A stretch of DNA of 58,144 bases from positions 1 to 58,144 of the IMG/VR virus record IMGVR_UViG_3300034003_000001; one strand, 5' to 3'. Every line of letters begins with the position of its first letter. Position 1 is the first letter of the stretch. Made by a program: the position numbers and the translations under genes. This document shows positions 34,597 to 41,999 of the stretch, in pieces. Under the pieces are notes generated by a model. That model saw only the letters and a list, made by a program, of their open reading frames with translations, ran no database searches and was not told where the DNA came from. This stretch comes from a virus.

Positions 34597-35340
34597 CTAA
34601 CGCCCGTTGTGGGGCGTTGTAGCGGTTCGTGGGGCATTAGGCGGCGCGCCCCTCGATGCCTGCCGCGCCTTTGCCAACTGCTCGGTCTTGCACGCCTCCG
34701 CCGCCCGCACCGCTTCCGCCGCCGCGTCTTTGTTGTACCATTCCCGGGCAAGCCCGAACTTTGCCGCCGCCCGCCGGAGCGCCATTGACTCGGAATTGCT
34801 CATGGGGTCCCCAAACCGCCGCTTGCCCTCCAATTCTTTTTTGGTTATAAGGACCTCCAACCCGCGCCCCTGCCTAGCGGTGCGTAAGATGTGCCCGCCC
34901 TCGTTGGACACGATGGTAAGCGTGCCCGTGGTAACAACGATCCCCGCCGTTGGTAGTTCGGGCGTGCGGATAACTTCGTTTGTAAGGTCCGTCCACGTCC
35001 AACCCGGAGCCAAATAGTCGAGGTATTGGCATACCATATGCCAACTTATGTACGCCATTTTGGTGCCGTCAACCTCTTTGATAGCGATGTGGCGGGCCTT
35101 TATTGGTTGGCTCAACCTGTGTTGGATAACGGCAATCGGTTGCAAGTCAAGAGCCTGCTTTACATCCTGCATATCGACGGCGGACTCAGACTCGGGGTCG
35201 AGGGATTCATCCTCCATTCCCAAGCGGTCAACCCAGCTTCCCGAACTACCCGAACTACCCGAACTACCCGAACTACCCGAACTACCCGTACCGCCCTTTG
35301 TGTCCGTAAGCAGGCCCAAAAGCTCATCCGCGTTATTCAT
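34597..35340 (-). CDS. Rad52/22-family single-strand annealing protein
   Basis: Start moved to ATG 35340 (MNNADELL...), which has GGAGGGG upstream and an 8-nt overlap with the previous gene. Motifs KMAYISWHMVCQYLDYLAPGWTWT and GDPMSNSESMALRRAAAKFGLAREWY are typical of Rad52/Sak-type annealases (PF04098). Confidence 0.75.
   Translation of the reverse strand: MNNADELLGLLTDTKGGTGSSGSSGSSGSSGSSGSWVDRLGMEDESLDPESESAVDMQDVKQALDLQPIAVIQHRLSQPIKARHIAIKEVDGTKMAYISWHMVCQYLDYLAPGWTWTDLTNEVIRTPELPTAGIVVTTGTLTIVSNEGGHILRTARQGRGLEVLITKKELEGKRRFGDPMSNSESMALRRAAAKFGLAREWYNKDAAAEAVRAAEACKTEQLAKARQASRGAPPNAPRTATTPHNGR
35241..35285. repeat. Coding tandem repeat, 9 bp x 5 (ccgaactac), encoding (GSS)5
   Basis: Read directly. 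In the annealase N-terminus it translates to GSSGSSGSSGSSGS. Confidence 0.95.
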
Positions 35341-35677
35341 CTTGAGCCCCTCCATTGGTCCCGTTGCGGCGTTCTTGACGTTCCGCCTGCTTTTCGGCAA
35401 CAAGCCTATCAATGCGGGCCTTGTACGCCGCAACATCCCATGCATCAGGCTCATCAGCACGCGCGCATGTTGCCTGCTCAAACTCCGCCGGGGTCATAGC
35501 AATTGCGACCTCCGGCGGGATGGAGCGCATACGCCGCAACCATCCGGGGTCAAGGGCGTTTGCCCGTTCTACTGCCCGCTCCGCCATTTGTCGCGCCCGT
35601 TCAACAACCGGGGCGTCCGGGGACTCGTTATCTAAGGGCCGTACGTTTACAATACGACCCGCCTGCTCGCTTTCCAT
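35333..35677 (-). CDS. Hypothetical protein
   Basis: The track start is 35683. The ATG at 35677 is better spaced (7 nt) from the GGAGG of the CAACAATGGAGG leader. About 114 aa. Confidence 0.6.
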   Translation of the reverse strand: MESEQAGRIVNVRPLDNESPDAPVVERARQMAERAVERANALDPGWLRRMRSIPPEVAIAMTPAEFEQATCARADEPDAWDVAAYKARIDRLVAEKQAERQERRNGTNGGAQDE

Positions 35678-35742
35678 TGTCATGCCTCCATTGTTGCTTT
35701 GTTGCTTTGTTCTTGAGTGATACTACCCCAATTACCCCCGTA

Positions 35743-36129
35743 TTATCCCAGGCCGTACCCGTGGACCGCAACGAGGGACCCGCGTACAACCTTGAACCAA
35801 CGGAGCGGCCCCGCTCGATGTATGCCCTCCGGCGGTATGGTCCGCTCATGCCTTTCGGGGTCGTAAGCCAGTTCCCCAATCGCGCGCCTGCAAACCAGTA
35901 GCTTGCCCTCTGTCTCTTGCAAGATCGTACCGCACTCCGGGCAACCATACCCGCTCCGCCCGTTGAGCGGGTTGGGGCGCATTTCAAACGTGCCGTCCGA
36001 CAACAAGACCCGGACTTGCGGGCCCTCGTACTGCCGGGCTATAACCTTTCGTACCTCTGTCTCCCGTGCTTCCTCCGTTCTAGTCAAAGTATTGTTCACG
36101 TCGATTACCTCCAAACGCTTGCCATTCAC
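35743..36129 (-). CDS. Hypothetical zinc-ribbon protein
   Basis: 128 aa with CPECG...LLVCRR. Confidence 0.55.
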   Translation of the reverse strand: MNGKRLEVIDVNNTLTRTEEARETEVRKVIARQYEGPQVRVLLSDGTFEMRPNPLNGRSGYGCPECGTILQETEGKLLVCRRAIGELAYDPERHERTIPPEGIHRAGPLRWFKVVRGSLVAVHGYGLG

Positions 36130-36141
36130 TAACTATCTCAA

Positions 36142-36615
36142 CTAAAACCCCATAGGCCCCGCCGTCTTTTTGGTCCTGCTCTTGGGCCGGAATGCCGCCG
36201 GGTCCGTGTCCCCGAAAACGGGCCGCTCGACGGGGCGGGCGTTTGCTAGTTGCGCGGCCTTGTTCTGCTTGAACGCGTCAATCGGCAACCCCACGCGTTC
36301 ACCTATCCCGTCATTGAACCGGATTACCTTATCACGGATTGCGGTAAGCCCCACGGAATAGCACATATCATCCGCGTCATGTATTACAAATTCGAGGCGT
36401 TCAACCGTGGGCTCGAACTTGAGGATTTGGGACCAAACCGCCGGATGCACCGGGATGACCCGGCGTTTCCAATAGACGACCTCGTTGTAATCCCCGCCAC
36501 TTTGGTAAACCCTAGTAACGGGGCAATAGGTCCCGTGCAGTACGGGCTTGGGTGAATTGCCCTTTGGGGCCGGGGCCATGACCGGGCGTGGGTCGAGCAA
36601 ACGCGTGCCACTCAT
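36142..36615 (-). CDS. Hypothetical protein
   Basis: 157-aa ORF with an ATGA overlap with the upstream gene. Confidence 0.6.
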   Translation of the reverse strand: MSGTRLLDPRPVMAPAPKGNSPKPVLHGTYCPVTRVYQSGGDYNEVVYWKRRVIPVHPAVWSQILKFEPTVERLEFVIHDADDMCYSVGLTAIRDKVIRFNDGIGERVGLPIDAFKQNKAAQLANARPVERPVFGDTDPAAFRPKSRTKKTAGPMGF

Positions 36616-36908
36616 TTACCGGACCCCGCACCGTGCCCGCCGTCCATTACTGAAATCCCAGCGGGCAAAAAGACCGTATCAGCAAAGATCGTTTCCCCGG
36701 ACTCCATGATGGAAAAGTCCGCTATTATCCAGTTGTCGAGATTGGCCCGTTGGGACCCCGTGCGGGCGCGGTCTAGCCCCTTTATCATGGTTTCCACGTT
36801 TTCCATCGCGGCCATGACCGCTGGGAACGTAAGGGCCGGGGCTTGCACCGCAAAGCCCACGGATTGCGTGCGGTCCTTTGTCCGCACAACCACGCGGAAT
36901 GTGAACAT
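36612..36908 (-). CDS. Hypothetical protein
   Basis: 98-aa ORF. Its start abuts the upstream stop (TAAATG). Confidence 0.6.
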   Translation of the reverse strand: MFTFRVVVRTKDRTQSVGFAVQAPALTFPAVMAAMENVETMIKGLDRARTGSQRANLDNWIIADFSIMESGETIFADTVFLPAGISVMDGGHGAGSGK

Positions 36909-37382
36909 TTACTTGCCCTCCGTAGCCGGAACCTGCTCTTTTACCCCAAGCAGGCGCATAGCTTCCCTGTGTGCGCGCCCCGTGTTGGCAACCGGGGCCG
37001 CGTTGAGTTTGTCAAAGCACCTGGGGCACGGGTCTAACCGCTCTACTACCGCCGTCTTGGTTGTGCGGCGGACTCCGGCAATCCCGGCGGGGTCAAACGT
37101 GCGCCCGCACAATAGTCCGCCCGCCGGATCGAGAACATGGGCCTGGGAGTAGACGCCCGGCATCCCCGCCTGGTTGAGCCAACGCCAAAAGACGTACGTA
37201 ATGGGGCCGCGTTTTGTACCTTGCCCGTGCAAGCGTTCAAACGCACCGCGCCGCCTGCCGCCGCCCAACTTGGGGCTTTGGTTATGCTTCCCATTGGGGC
37301 CGGGCTTTGGCTTGTTCTGTACCTTGACCTCCGAGGCCGGGGCGGCCGGCGTTGGGCTTGGTAATACCTCAACTGGTTTCAC
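36909..37382 (-). CDS. Hypothetical basic protein
   Basis: 157-aa ORF with a Lys/Pro/Gly-rich N-terminus and CPRC near the C-terminus. Confidence 0.55.
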   Translation of the reverse strand: MKPVEVLPSPTPAAPASEVKVQNKPKPGPNGKHNQSPKLGGGRRRGAFERLHGQGTKRGPITYVFWRWLNQAGMPGVYSQAHVLDPAGGLLCGRTFDPAGIAGVRRTTKTAVVERLDPCPRCFDKLNAAPVANTGRAHREAMRLLGVKEQVPATEGK

Positions 37383-37650
37383 TCTTGGGACCCTCCAAAG
37401 TAATTGTCAATTCGCCAACTTGTCCCGCCTTTAGACGCCCGGACTCGTCATATGGCAAGCGGAGTTCGATGCTCAGTTTTGCCGGGTTGTCGTGCGCCTC
37501 CAAAAACTCGTTGATTACCCGCACCGCCCCTGCAAGGGCCTCGGTATCGCTCTGGTGCTCCGGTATGCGTGCAAACGACAAAAACGAGCGGCTAAAAGCG
37601 GAGGTAACGCTTGTGCGTACCCGGTTGGCCCGTTGCCCCGGCCTGCTCAT
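37369..37650 (-). CDS. Hypothetical protein
   Basis: 93-aa ORF overlapping its neighbours by a few nucleotides on both sides. Confidence 0.55.
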   Translation of the reverse strand: MSRPGQRANRVRTSVTSAFSRSFLSFARIPEHQSDTEALAGAVRVINEFLEAHDNPAKLSIELRLPYDESGRLKAGQVGELTITLEGPKSETS

Positions 37651-37979
37651 TGCCCGGCCCCCGTTTCACTCGTCTCCCCCGTCTCCCCGGCCTGCTTTTG
37701 CGGGCGGAACGGCGGGTTGCGGTTGGCGATGAATGTCTCGAAATCCGCACGCTTGATAAGGTACTTTTGTTTTATTTGTATGCCCGGCAAGAGGTCCGCC
37801 GTCAACACGTACGGCAAACGATCCTCCATCAGCCAATCGTACACCCGCTTTTCGGAGCGCCCACCCGGATACTCCGCCGCAACTTGCGCAACGGTCATGT
37901 ATTCACCCGCGCCCATGAACGGGCGCGGCGGGGCTTGGGCCGATGCCTGCTCATCCTCGACTGCCGAAACTGTAATCAT
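37647..37979 (-). CDS. Excisionase/MerR-type HTH DNA-binding protein
   Basis: 110 aa. EYMTVAQVAAEYPGGRSEKRVYDWLMEDRLPY...LIKRADFETFI fits the HTH_17 excisionase-family pattern (PF12728). It is the first gene after a promoter-operator element. Confidence 0.6.
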   Translation of the reverse strand: MITVSAVEDEQASAQAPPRPFMGAGEYMTVAQVAAEYPGGRSEKRVYDWLMEDRLPYVLTADLLPGIQIKQKYLIKRADFETFIANRNPPFRPQKQAGETGETSETGAGQ

Positions 37980-38006
37980 GCTATCACCTCCAACGGGGCC
38001 GCAATA

Positions 38007-38053
38007 TGCAAGGGGCCCGGCTCAATTATACCGGACCCCTTGCAAGTATTCAA
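38007..38053 (-). promoter_or_regulatory. Promoter (TTGAAT-17 nt-TATAAT) with a 14-bp inverted-repeat operator bracketing the -10
   Basis: Minus strand: TTGAATac-TTGCAAGGGGTCCGG-TATAATTGAG-CCGGGCCCCTTGCA. The arms are 38007..38020 and 38031..38044 (13 of 14 bases complementary). The -10 is at 38025..38030 and the -35 at 38048..38053. Confidence 0.7.
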
Positions 38054-38087
38054 CCCTTTATACACTTTTCCACAACCGATTACTAAA

Positions 38088-38297
38088 CTACGTACTAAAA
38101 GCGCGTATCCGCCGTTTCGCATTCTCCAGATCATCTATACTTGGTTTACCGCCAAACCTCAAAACGCGCCTCACCACCGGACGGATGTACCCTACCTTGC
38201 CCCGCAAAACAAAGATGTGGCCGTTTTCTCTTTTACTGAAACCCCAACGGGCAAAGGGTATCCAACGATGCCGGACAAGGCGTAGGTAACGCACCAT
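38088..38297 (-). CDS. Small basic hypothetical protein (uncertain)
   Basis: 69 aa (MVRYLRLVRHRWIPFARWGFSK...). The ATG is 7 nt after a GGAGG that lies at the end of the XRE gene. It sits in a low-GC stretch. No motif recognised. Confidence 0.4.
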   Translation of the reverse strand: MVRYLRLVRHRWIPFARWGFSKRENGHIFVLRGKVGYIRPVVRRVLRFGGKPSIDDLENAKRRIRAFST

Positions 38298-38299
38298 TC

Positions 38300-38575
38300 C
38301 TATACCTCCAAAAGATTTGGTACAAGGGCCTCGATTGTCACATTGCAGGACGTGGCGATTGTTGCCAGTTGATGTACCGCTAACGTTTGCCGCCCGCCCT
38401 CGATAAGCGCAAGCGATGAGCGGAGTATCCCGCACGCAAGGGCAACGTCCATTTGCCGGAGCCCCGCCCGCTTGCGCGCCTCTTTGATATTGTGCCCCAA
38501 CTCGACATAAAACCGGGCAACCTGCAACTTGTCCGGTTGGTTGGGCGCATCCTCATAAATACTGATTACTGGCAT
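38300..38575 (-). CDS. XRE-family (Cro/CI-type) HTH transcriptional regulator
   Basis: Start moved to ATG 38575 (TAATG overlap with the upstream stop). ELGHNIKEARKRAGLRQMDVALACGILRSSLALIEGGRQTLAVHQLATIA is a typical HTH_3 domain (PF01381). Confidence 0.8.
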   Translation of the reverse strand: MPVISIYEDAPNQPDKLQVARFYVELGHNIKEARKRAGLRQMDVALACGILRSSLALIEGGRQTLAVHQLATIATSCNVTIEALVPNLLEV

Positions 38576-39168
38576 TAGAACGCCCCCACGTCCGCGCCGC
38601 AATAGCACGGTGGTTGCGCCGGGGCAATCATGCCGGGCGGAGGGTCATTGCACGATTGGGCGGCCCCCGCATTCCAGTCGCAAGACAAACATTTAAATTC
38701 CACCGGGTCCACCGCCCATTTCAGGTTTTCATCATAAGCGGAGCAACGCGGGCAATAACCATGCACGATACAGGCCGAACACGGGTCAAAGCCCAAATCC
38801 GGCGGGTCCTCTAACGTACCGCCATAGGAATACCACGCCCCGCCCACGCCCTTGCAGGTCCGGCAATGGTTGGGCCAATCCCGGACCCATAGGGCGTACA
38901 TAATGCCCCAAGCCGTGTAAGCGGCGTTACAAGCCGGGGAATGGTCTTTGCGGTCCATTGCACCAATTACCGCGCCCGTGACCTCTTGGGGCGTCGTAGG
39001 CTCTGGTACGCCCTTACGTAATGCCCGTGAAACTGTGCGGATGATATACTCCATCACCCGACAACCCTCGACGTGTCCCGTATGCGGGGCCGTGGAAAAG
39101 ATCGACGCCCCACATCCTATGCACCTGTGACCGTAACCCTCGTAACCGCTCATCTTTCTTGCCCCCAT
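38575..39168 (-). CDS. Hypothetical Cys-rich protein
   Basis: 197 aa with multiple CxxC pairs (CIGCG, CRTCKG, CSAC, CPRC, CLSC). A CAACAACAATGGGGG leader lies upstream. Confidence 0.6.
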   Translation of the reverse strand: MGARKMSGYEGYGHRCIGCGASIFSTAPHTGHVEGCRVMEYIIRTVSRALRKGVPEPTTPQEVTGAVIGAMDRKDHSPACNAAYTAWGIMYALWVRDWPNHCRTCKGVGGAWYSYGGTLEDPPDLGFDPCSACIVHGYCPRCSAYDENLKWAVDPVEFKCLSCDWNAGAAQSCNDPPPGMIAPAQPPCYCGADVGAF

Positions 39169-39195
39169 TGTTGTTGATTGTTAGTTCGGACGGCC

Positions 39196-39708
39196 TCAAT
39201 ATGGATTAGGGGCCGTAACATCCACCGTAAGCATTTCCTCCGCCGTTGGCGGGGTCCACGACCCCAATTGCTTGTTTTGCTCCGCAACGAGGTCCGCGAT
39301 TTTTCGGGGCGTCGAGGGCGAGTCATCCCCCTTTATATGCCACATATCGAAACCGTCATGGTTGACAACCGCCCATGCTCGACCTTGCCAAACCACAACG
39401 CCCCAAAAGCACAGTTGCCCCGTTACTGCATTAGGCAACTGCTCAACCGTCCGCACGTCGAGCGTAACCCAACCGTGGAACGACACGTTGATGCGGTCCC
39501 CGTCAATATGGACACGCTGGTTTTCCAAGTACGCAACCTGGCGGGACCGTAACTGATAACGCTCCGCCATTTCTGCAAAGCCCTCTTTGCGTGCGGCGTC
39601 CTGCATAGCCTCCATGTGTCCGCTGGCAATGTCATCCGCAAGTATTTGCCCGCTCGACACAAAACCCGTTACCGAGTCAACCACGTTCCACACCGTAAAC
39701 TCTACCAT
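39196..39708 (-). CDS. Hypothetical protein
   Basis: The track ORF begins at 39759. ATG 39708 (MVEFTVWNV...) is preceded by GGGGG. Confidence 0.55.
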   Translation of the reverse strand: MVEFTVWNVVDSVTGFVSSGQILADDIASGHMEAMQDAARKEGFAEMAERYQLRSRQVAYLENQRVHIDGDRINVSFHGWVTLDVRTVEQLPNAVTGQLCFWGVVVWQGRAWAVVNHDGFDMWHIKGDDSPSTPRKIADLVAEQNKQLGSWTPPTAEEMLTVDVTAPNPY

Positions 39709-39756
39709 TGCAATTACCCCCAATGCTGTGCTATAATCAAGCAATCCATTGTTGTG

Positions 39757-39794
39757 CAAAAGCCCGGAGGGCTTGGGGCGGGCCTCCGGGCTTT
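39757..39794. terminator. Bidirectional intrinsic terminator
   Basis: aaaagcccggagg-gcttggggcggg-cctccgggctttt: a 13-bp perfect stem flanked by an A-run and a T-run, just downstream of minus-strand stop 39818. Confidence 0.8.
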
Positions 39795-39817
39795 TGCTTG
39801 CTTGCCCGCCTACACGT

Positions 39818-40114
39818 CTAATCGATCTTGATGCCGTCGCTCCAATCGGTCATGCCGTGCGCCCGCAACCACGCGATGCTCTTTTGCCGCTCCGCCTCCG
39901 GTATGCTGGCAATGGCGGTCCGGGCCTTGTGGATTGCGCCCCAAAACACAATTGGGTCATTGTCCCCCGGAAAGCGGAGGCCCCACTTATCCACGAGGGC
40001 GCGTATTACCGTTTCATCGAGGGACAAAAGGGCGGCGTTCCGCTCTTTGATGTACTGGCTCATGCGCTCGTCCAACTGCTCGACCCTCCGTTCAAAGTTC
40101 TGTAATGGTTCCAT
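39818..40114 (-). CDS. Hypothetical protein
   Basis: 98-aa ORF followed by a terminator. Confidence 0.55.
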   Translation of the reverse strand: MEPLQNFERRVEQLDERMSQYIKERNAALLSLDETVIRALVDKWGLRFPGDNDPIVFWGAIHKARTAIASIPEAERQKSIAWLRAHGMTDWSDGIKID

Positions 40115-40127
40115 ACTAGGCAGTAAC

Positions 40128-40442
40128 CTAATAATCGTCCGGGTTGACGTACTTGCCCTTTAGAGCACCCTCCGCCATTTTACGTAAACTCGTTAGCTGG
40201 GCGTGGGCTATTTCGCACTCTAACTTTTCCTCATGAGTGCCACGTCTAGCGATTACCCCCTTTGCTAAGGTGGAGATGCGCCCGGCGATAAAGTTCGCTT
40301 GATCCCGTATTACTATCAGCGTACCATGCAGGTTATTGATGGTTTCCTGCTTCTCCGCAACATCGCTATTTTCAAGTTCGGCTACTGTGCTTGCTATGCT
40401 TCTTAGCAATGCAGACATAGTTGGTAGCTCTTTGTCGCTCAC
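40128..40442 (-). CDS. Hypothetical protein (start uncertain)
   Basis: The track ORF starts at TTG 40490, overlapping the HNH gene. GTG 40442 is preceded by GGGGG. The region is low in GC. Confidence 0.45.
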   Translation of the reverse strand: MSDKELPTMSALLRSIASTVAELENSDVAEKQETINNLHGTLIVIRDQANFIAGRISTLAKGVIARRGTHEEKLECEIAHAQLTSLRKMAEGALKGKYVNPDDY

Positions 40443-40477
40443 GTTTGCCCCCAATGTTGTTTGTACTAAAACATCCG

Positions 40478-40969
40478 CTACTTGTTCCAATTCCTGCCAC
40501 TCAGCACAGCTTGAATGGTGGACTGGCTTACGTTGTATTCTTCTGCTAGAGTTCTCTGCGTAACCCCTCCGACCGCGTACCTAGCCCTAACATCACCTGC
40601 CTTTACTTCGTCCAATTTCGCTTTGTGGTGTGTCGCGCCTCTTGGAAGTTTATCCGGTTGCACCTGAAACCAAGTCCGCCCCTTTTGGTGAGCGTCGCGC
40701 ATGTTATCAGCGCGTGTCCCAACAAACAAGTGAGCAGGATTAACACAGCGCGGGTTATCACAACGGTGCAACACCCACAAGCCAAGCGGTACAGGACCAA
40801 TATTTAACTCGAATGACAGGCGATGGGCATAAATCTTCACGCCCCTGCGGAGTGATAAACTGCCATAGCCACCCTCATTAGTCCCGCCTTGCCACAACCA
40901 GCAACCGTCACCAACTTTTACGAATTGCCAGAAACGTAGCCTTGCAGATTGTCGTTTTCCTCTTGGCAT
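40478..40969 (-). CDS. HNH homing endonuclease (HNH_3 type with a C-terminal HTH)
   Basis: Start moved to ATG 40969 (MPRGKRQ...). CWLWQGGTNEGGYGSL...IYAHRLSFELNIGPVP.GLWVLHRCDNPRCVNPAHLFVGTRADNMRD is the classic HNH_3 signature (PF13392). The C-terminus, VTQRTLAEEYNVSQSTIQAVLSGRNW, is HTH-like. Confidence 0.85.
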   Translation of the reverse strand: MPRGKRQSARLRFWQFVKVGDGCWLWQGGTNEGGYGSLSLRRGVKIYAHRLSFELNIGPVPLGLWVLHRCDNPRCVNPAHLFVGTRADNMRDAHQKGRTWFQVQPDKLPRGATHHKAKLDEVKAGDVRARYAVGGVTQRTLAEEYNVSQSTIQAVLSGRNWNK

Positions 40970-40985
40970 AACTACCCTCGCATAT

Positions 40986-41207
40986 CTAGGAAGTAATTGC
41001 CCCCGGCATATCCAATCGTTCCGGGCGGTACGGATAGGGAGTGGTGGGGTCGTGTGCCACGAGCCATTCAAGGTCAGAGCGTCTATCTGCACCTATACCC
41101 GCCATGCGCTTTAGCTTATTCCAAGCTACACACTCCCCCATCTGCATCTCGTGTTCAATTATGTACTCGCGCATTAGAATTAGGAGTGCCTTGATTTCAG
41201 GGTCCAT
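40986..41207 (-). CDS. Hypothetical protein
   Basis: 73-aa ORF with GGAGG upstream, in the low-GC island. Confidence 0.5.
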   Translation of the reverse strand: MDPEIKALLILMREYIIEHEMQMGECVAWNKLKRMAGIGADRRSDLEWLVAHDPTTPYPYRPERLDMPGAITS

Positions 41208-41252
41208 TTACCTACCTCCAAACATTAGGCATGAGAACGTGCGTTCTAGGGA

Positions 41253-41528
41253 CTAATCCCTTACGTCTATTTTTGCACCCCGCCGTATTGCCGCTTCTAT
41301 CAGCCCGTCGAGTGCACCGTGCGTTTCATCGTAACTTTCGGACCTTAGCCACAAGAGTATGACCTCATCAGCATCAGGGTTATATAGTGCATCGTTGCCC
41401 TCGCACGTCGCTAACGCGCTGTACGCCTCTAAGCGTAGTGTTAGAACCACAGCAACCTTACCCGCCCCGTCTTTCAGCGTAAGCGTGCCTTTTCGTTCTA
41501 AAGAGCTCATCAAACCAACCTCTTTCAT
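41253..41528 (-). CDS. Hypothetical protein (start uncertain)
   Basis: The track ORF starts at TTG 41564. In-frame ATGs occur at 41528 and 41510, the latter with AGAGG 8 nt upstream. The region is low in GC. Confidence 0.45.
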   Translation of the reverse strand: MKEVGLMSSLERKGTLTLKDGAGKVAVVLTLRLEAYSALATCEGNDALYNPDADEVILLWLRSESYDETHGALDGLIEAAIRRGAKIDVRD

Positions 41529-41578
41529 AGCCCTCCATTTGTAATGAGAAATAACCAAGTCCAATAATCAATTGCCAA

Positions 41579-41824
41579 TTAGTAAACCCGGAGCGGGCCG
41601 GGCATGGGCGGTGGGGTATAGGTGCCATCCCCATTGAGCTTGCCGCCGCACTCGATGCACCGCTTGCCGCTTGCCCGCATAGGCCCCTCAAAGGCCGTAA
41701 GGCCCGCCCCGCACGGGCAATCTATGGCAAGGGTTATACGCTTGCCGGATAGGTAACGATCCGTGACCGTCCAACGCTTGCCCTCCGCCTGCGCGACCTC
41801 GACGCTTGTATTGTTGTTTTCCAT
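41579..41824 (-). CDS. Small zinc-ribbon protein
   Basis: 81 aa with CPCG...CIECGG. An ATAATGGAGG leader lies upstream. It is the first gene after promoter P4. Confidence 0.6.
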   Translation of the reverse strand: MENNNTSVEVAQAEGKRWTVTDRYLSGKRITLAIDCPCGAGLTAFEGPMRASGKRCIECGGKLNGDGTYTPPPMPGPLRVY

Positions 41825-41872
41825 TGCCTTGCCTCCATTATCGTTGGTTGTTGCTGATTACTCCGTGCCCTA

Positions 41873-41901
41873 ATAATAGCATAAGGGTTATATACTGTCA
41901 A
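41873..41901 (-). promoter_or_regulatory. Sigma70-type promoter P4 (TTGACA-17 nt-TATTAT)
   Basis: Minus strand: ggATAACCCTTGACAgtatATAACCCTTatgcTATTAT. It has the same spacer as P1 to P3. Confidence 0.7.
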
Positions 41902-41971
41902 GGGTTATCCACATAATTTGCTGAGCTTGCAAGCAACAAAAGAGGCGGGCCGCTCGGGACCACCTCGACGC

Positions 41972-41993
41972 GCATGTTACCGTTACTTGGGCG
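41972..41993. repeat. Orphan iteron copy (gcatgttaccgttacttgggcg)
   Basis: It matches iteron copy 2 (33939..33961) over about 21 nt but lies 7.8 kb away, in the intergenic region just upstream of promoter P4. Confidence 0.8.
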
Positions 41994-41999
41994 TCACAT

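Noticed and set aside
38088-38575. The XRE gene plus the adjacent small basic ORF as a toxin-antitoxin pair.
   Set aside because: The 69-aa product shows no RelE, ParE, HigB or other toxin motif I can recognise, and the gene order and spacing are not diagnostic. I kept it only as a low-confidence CDS.
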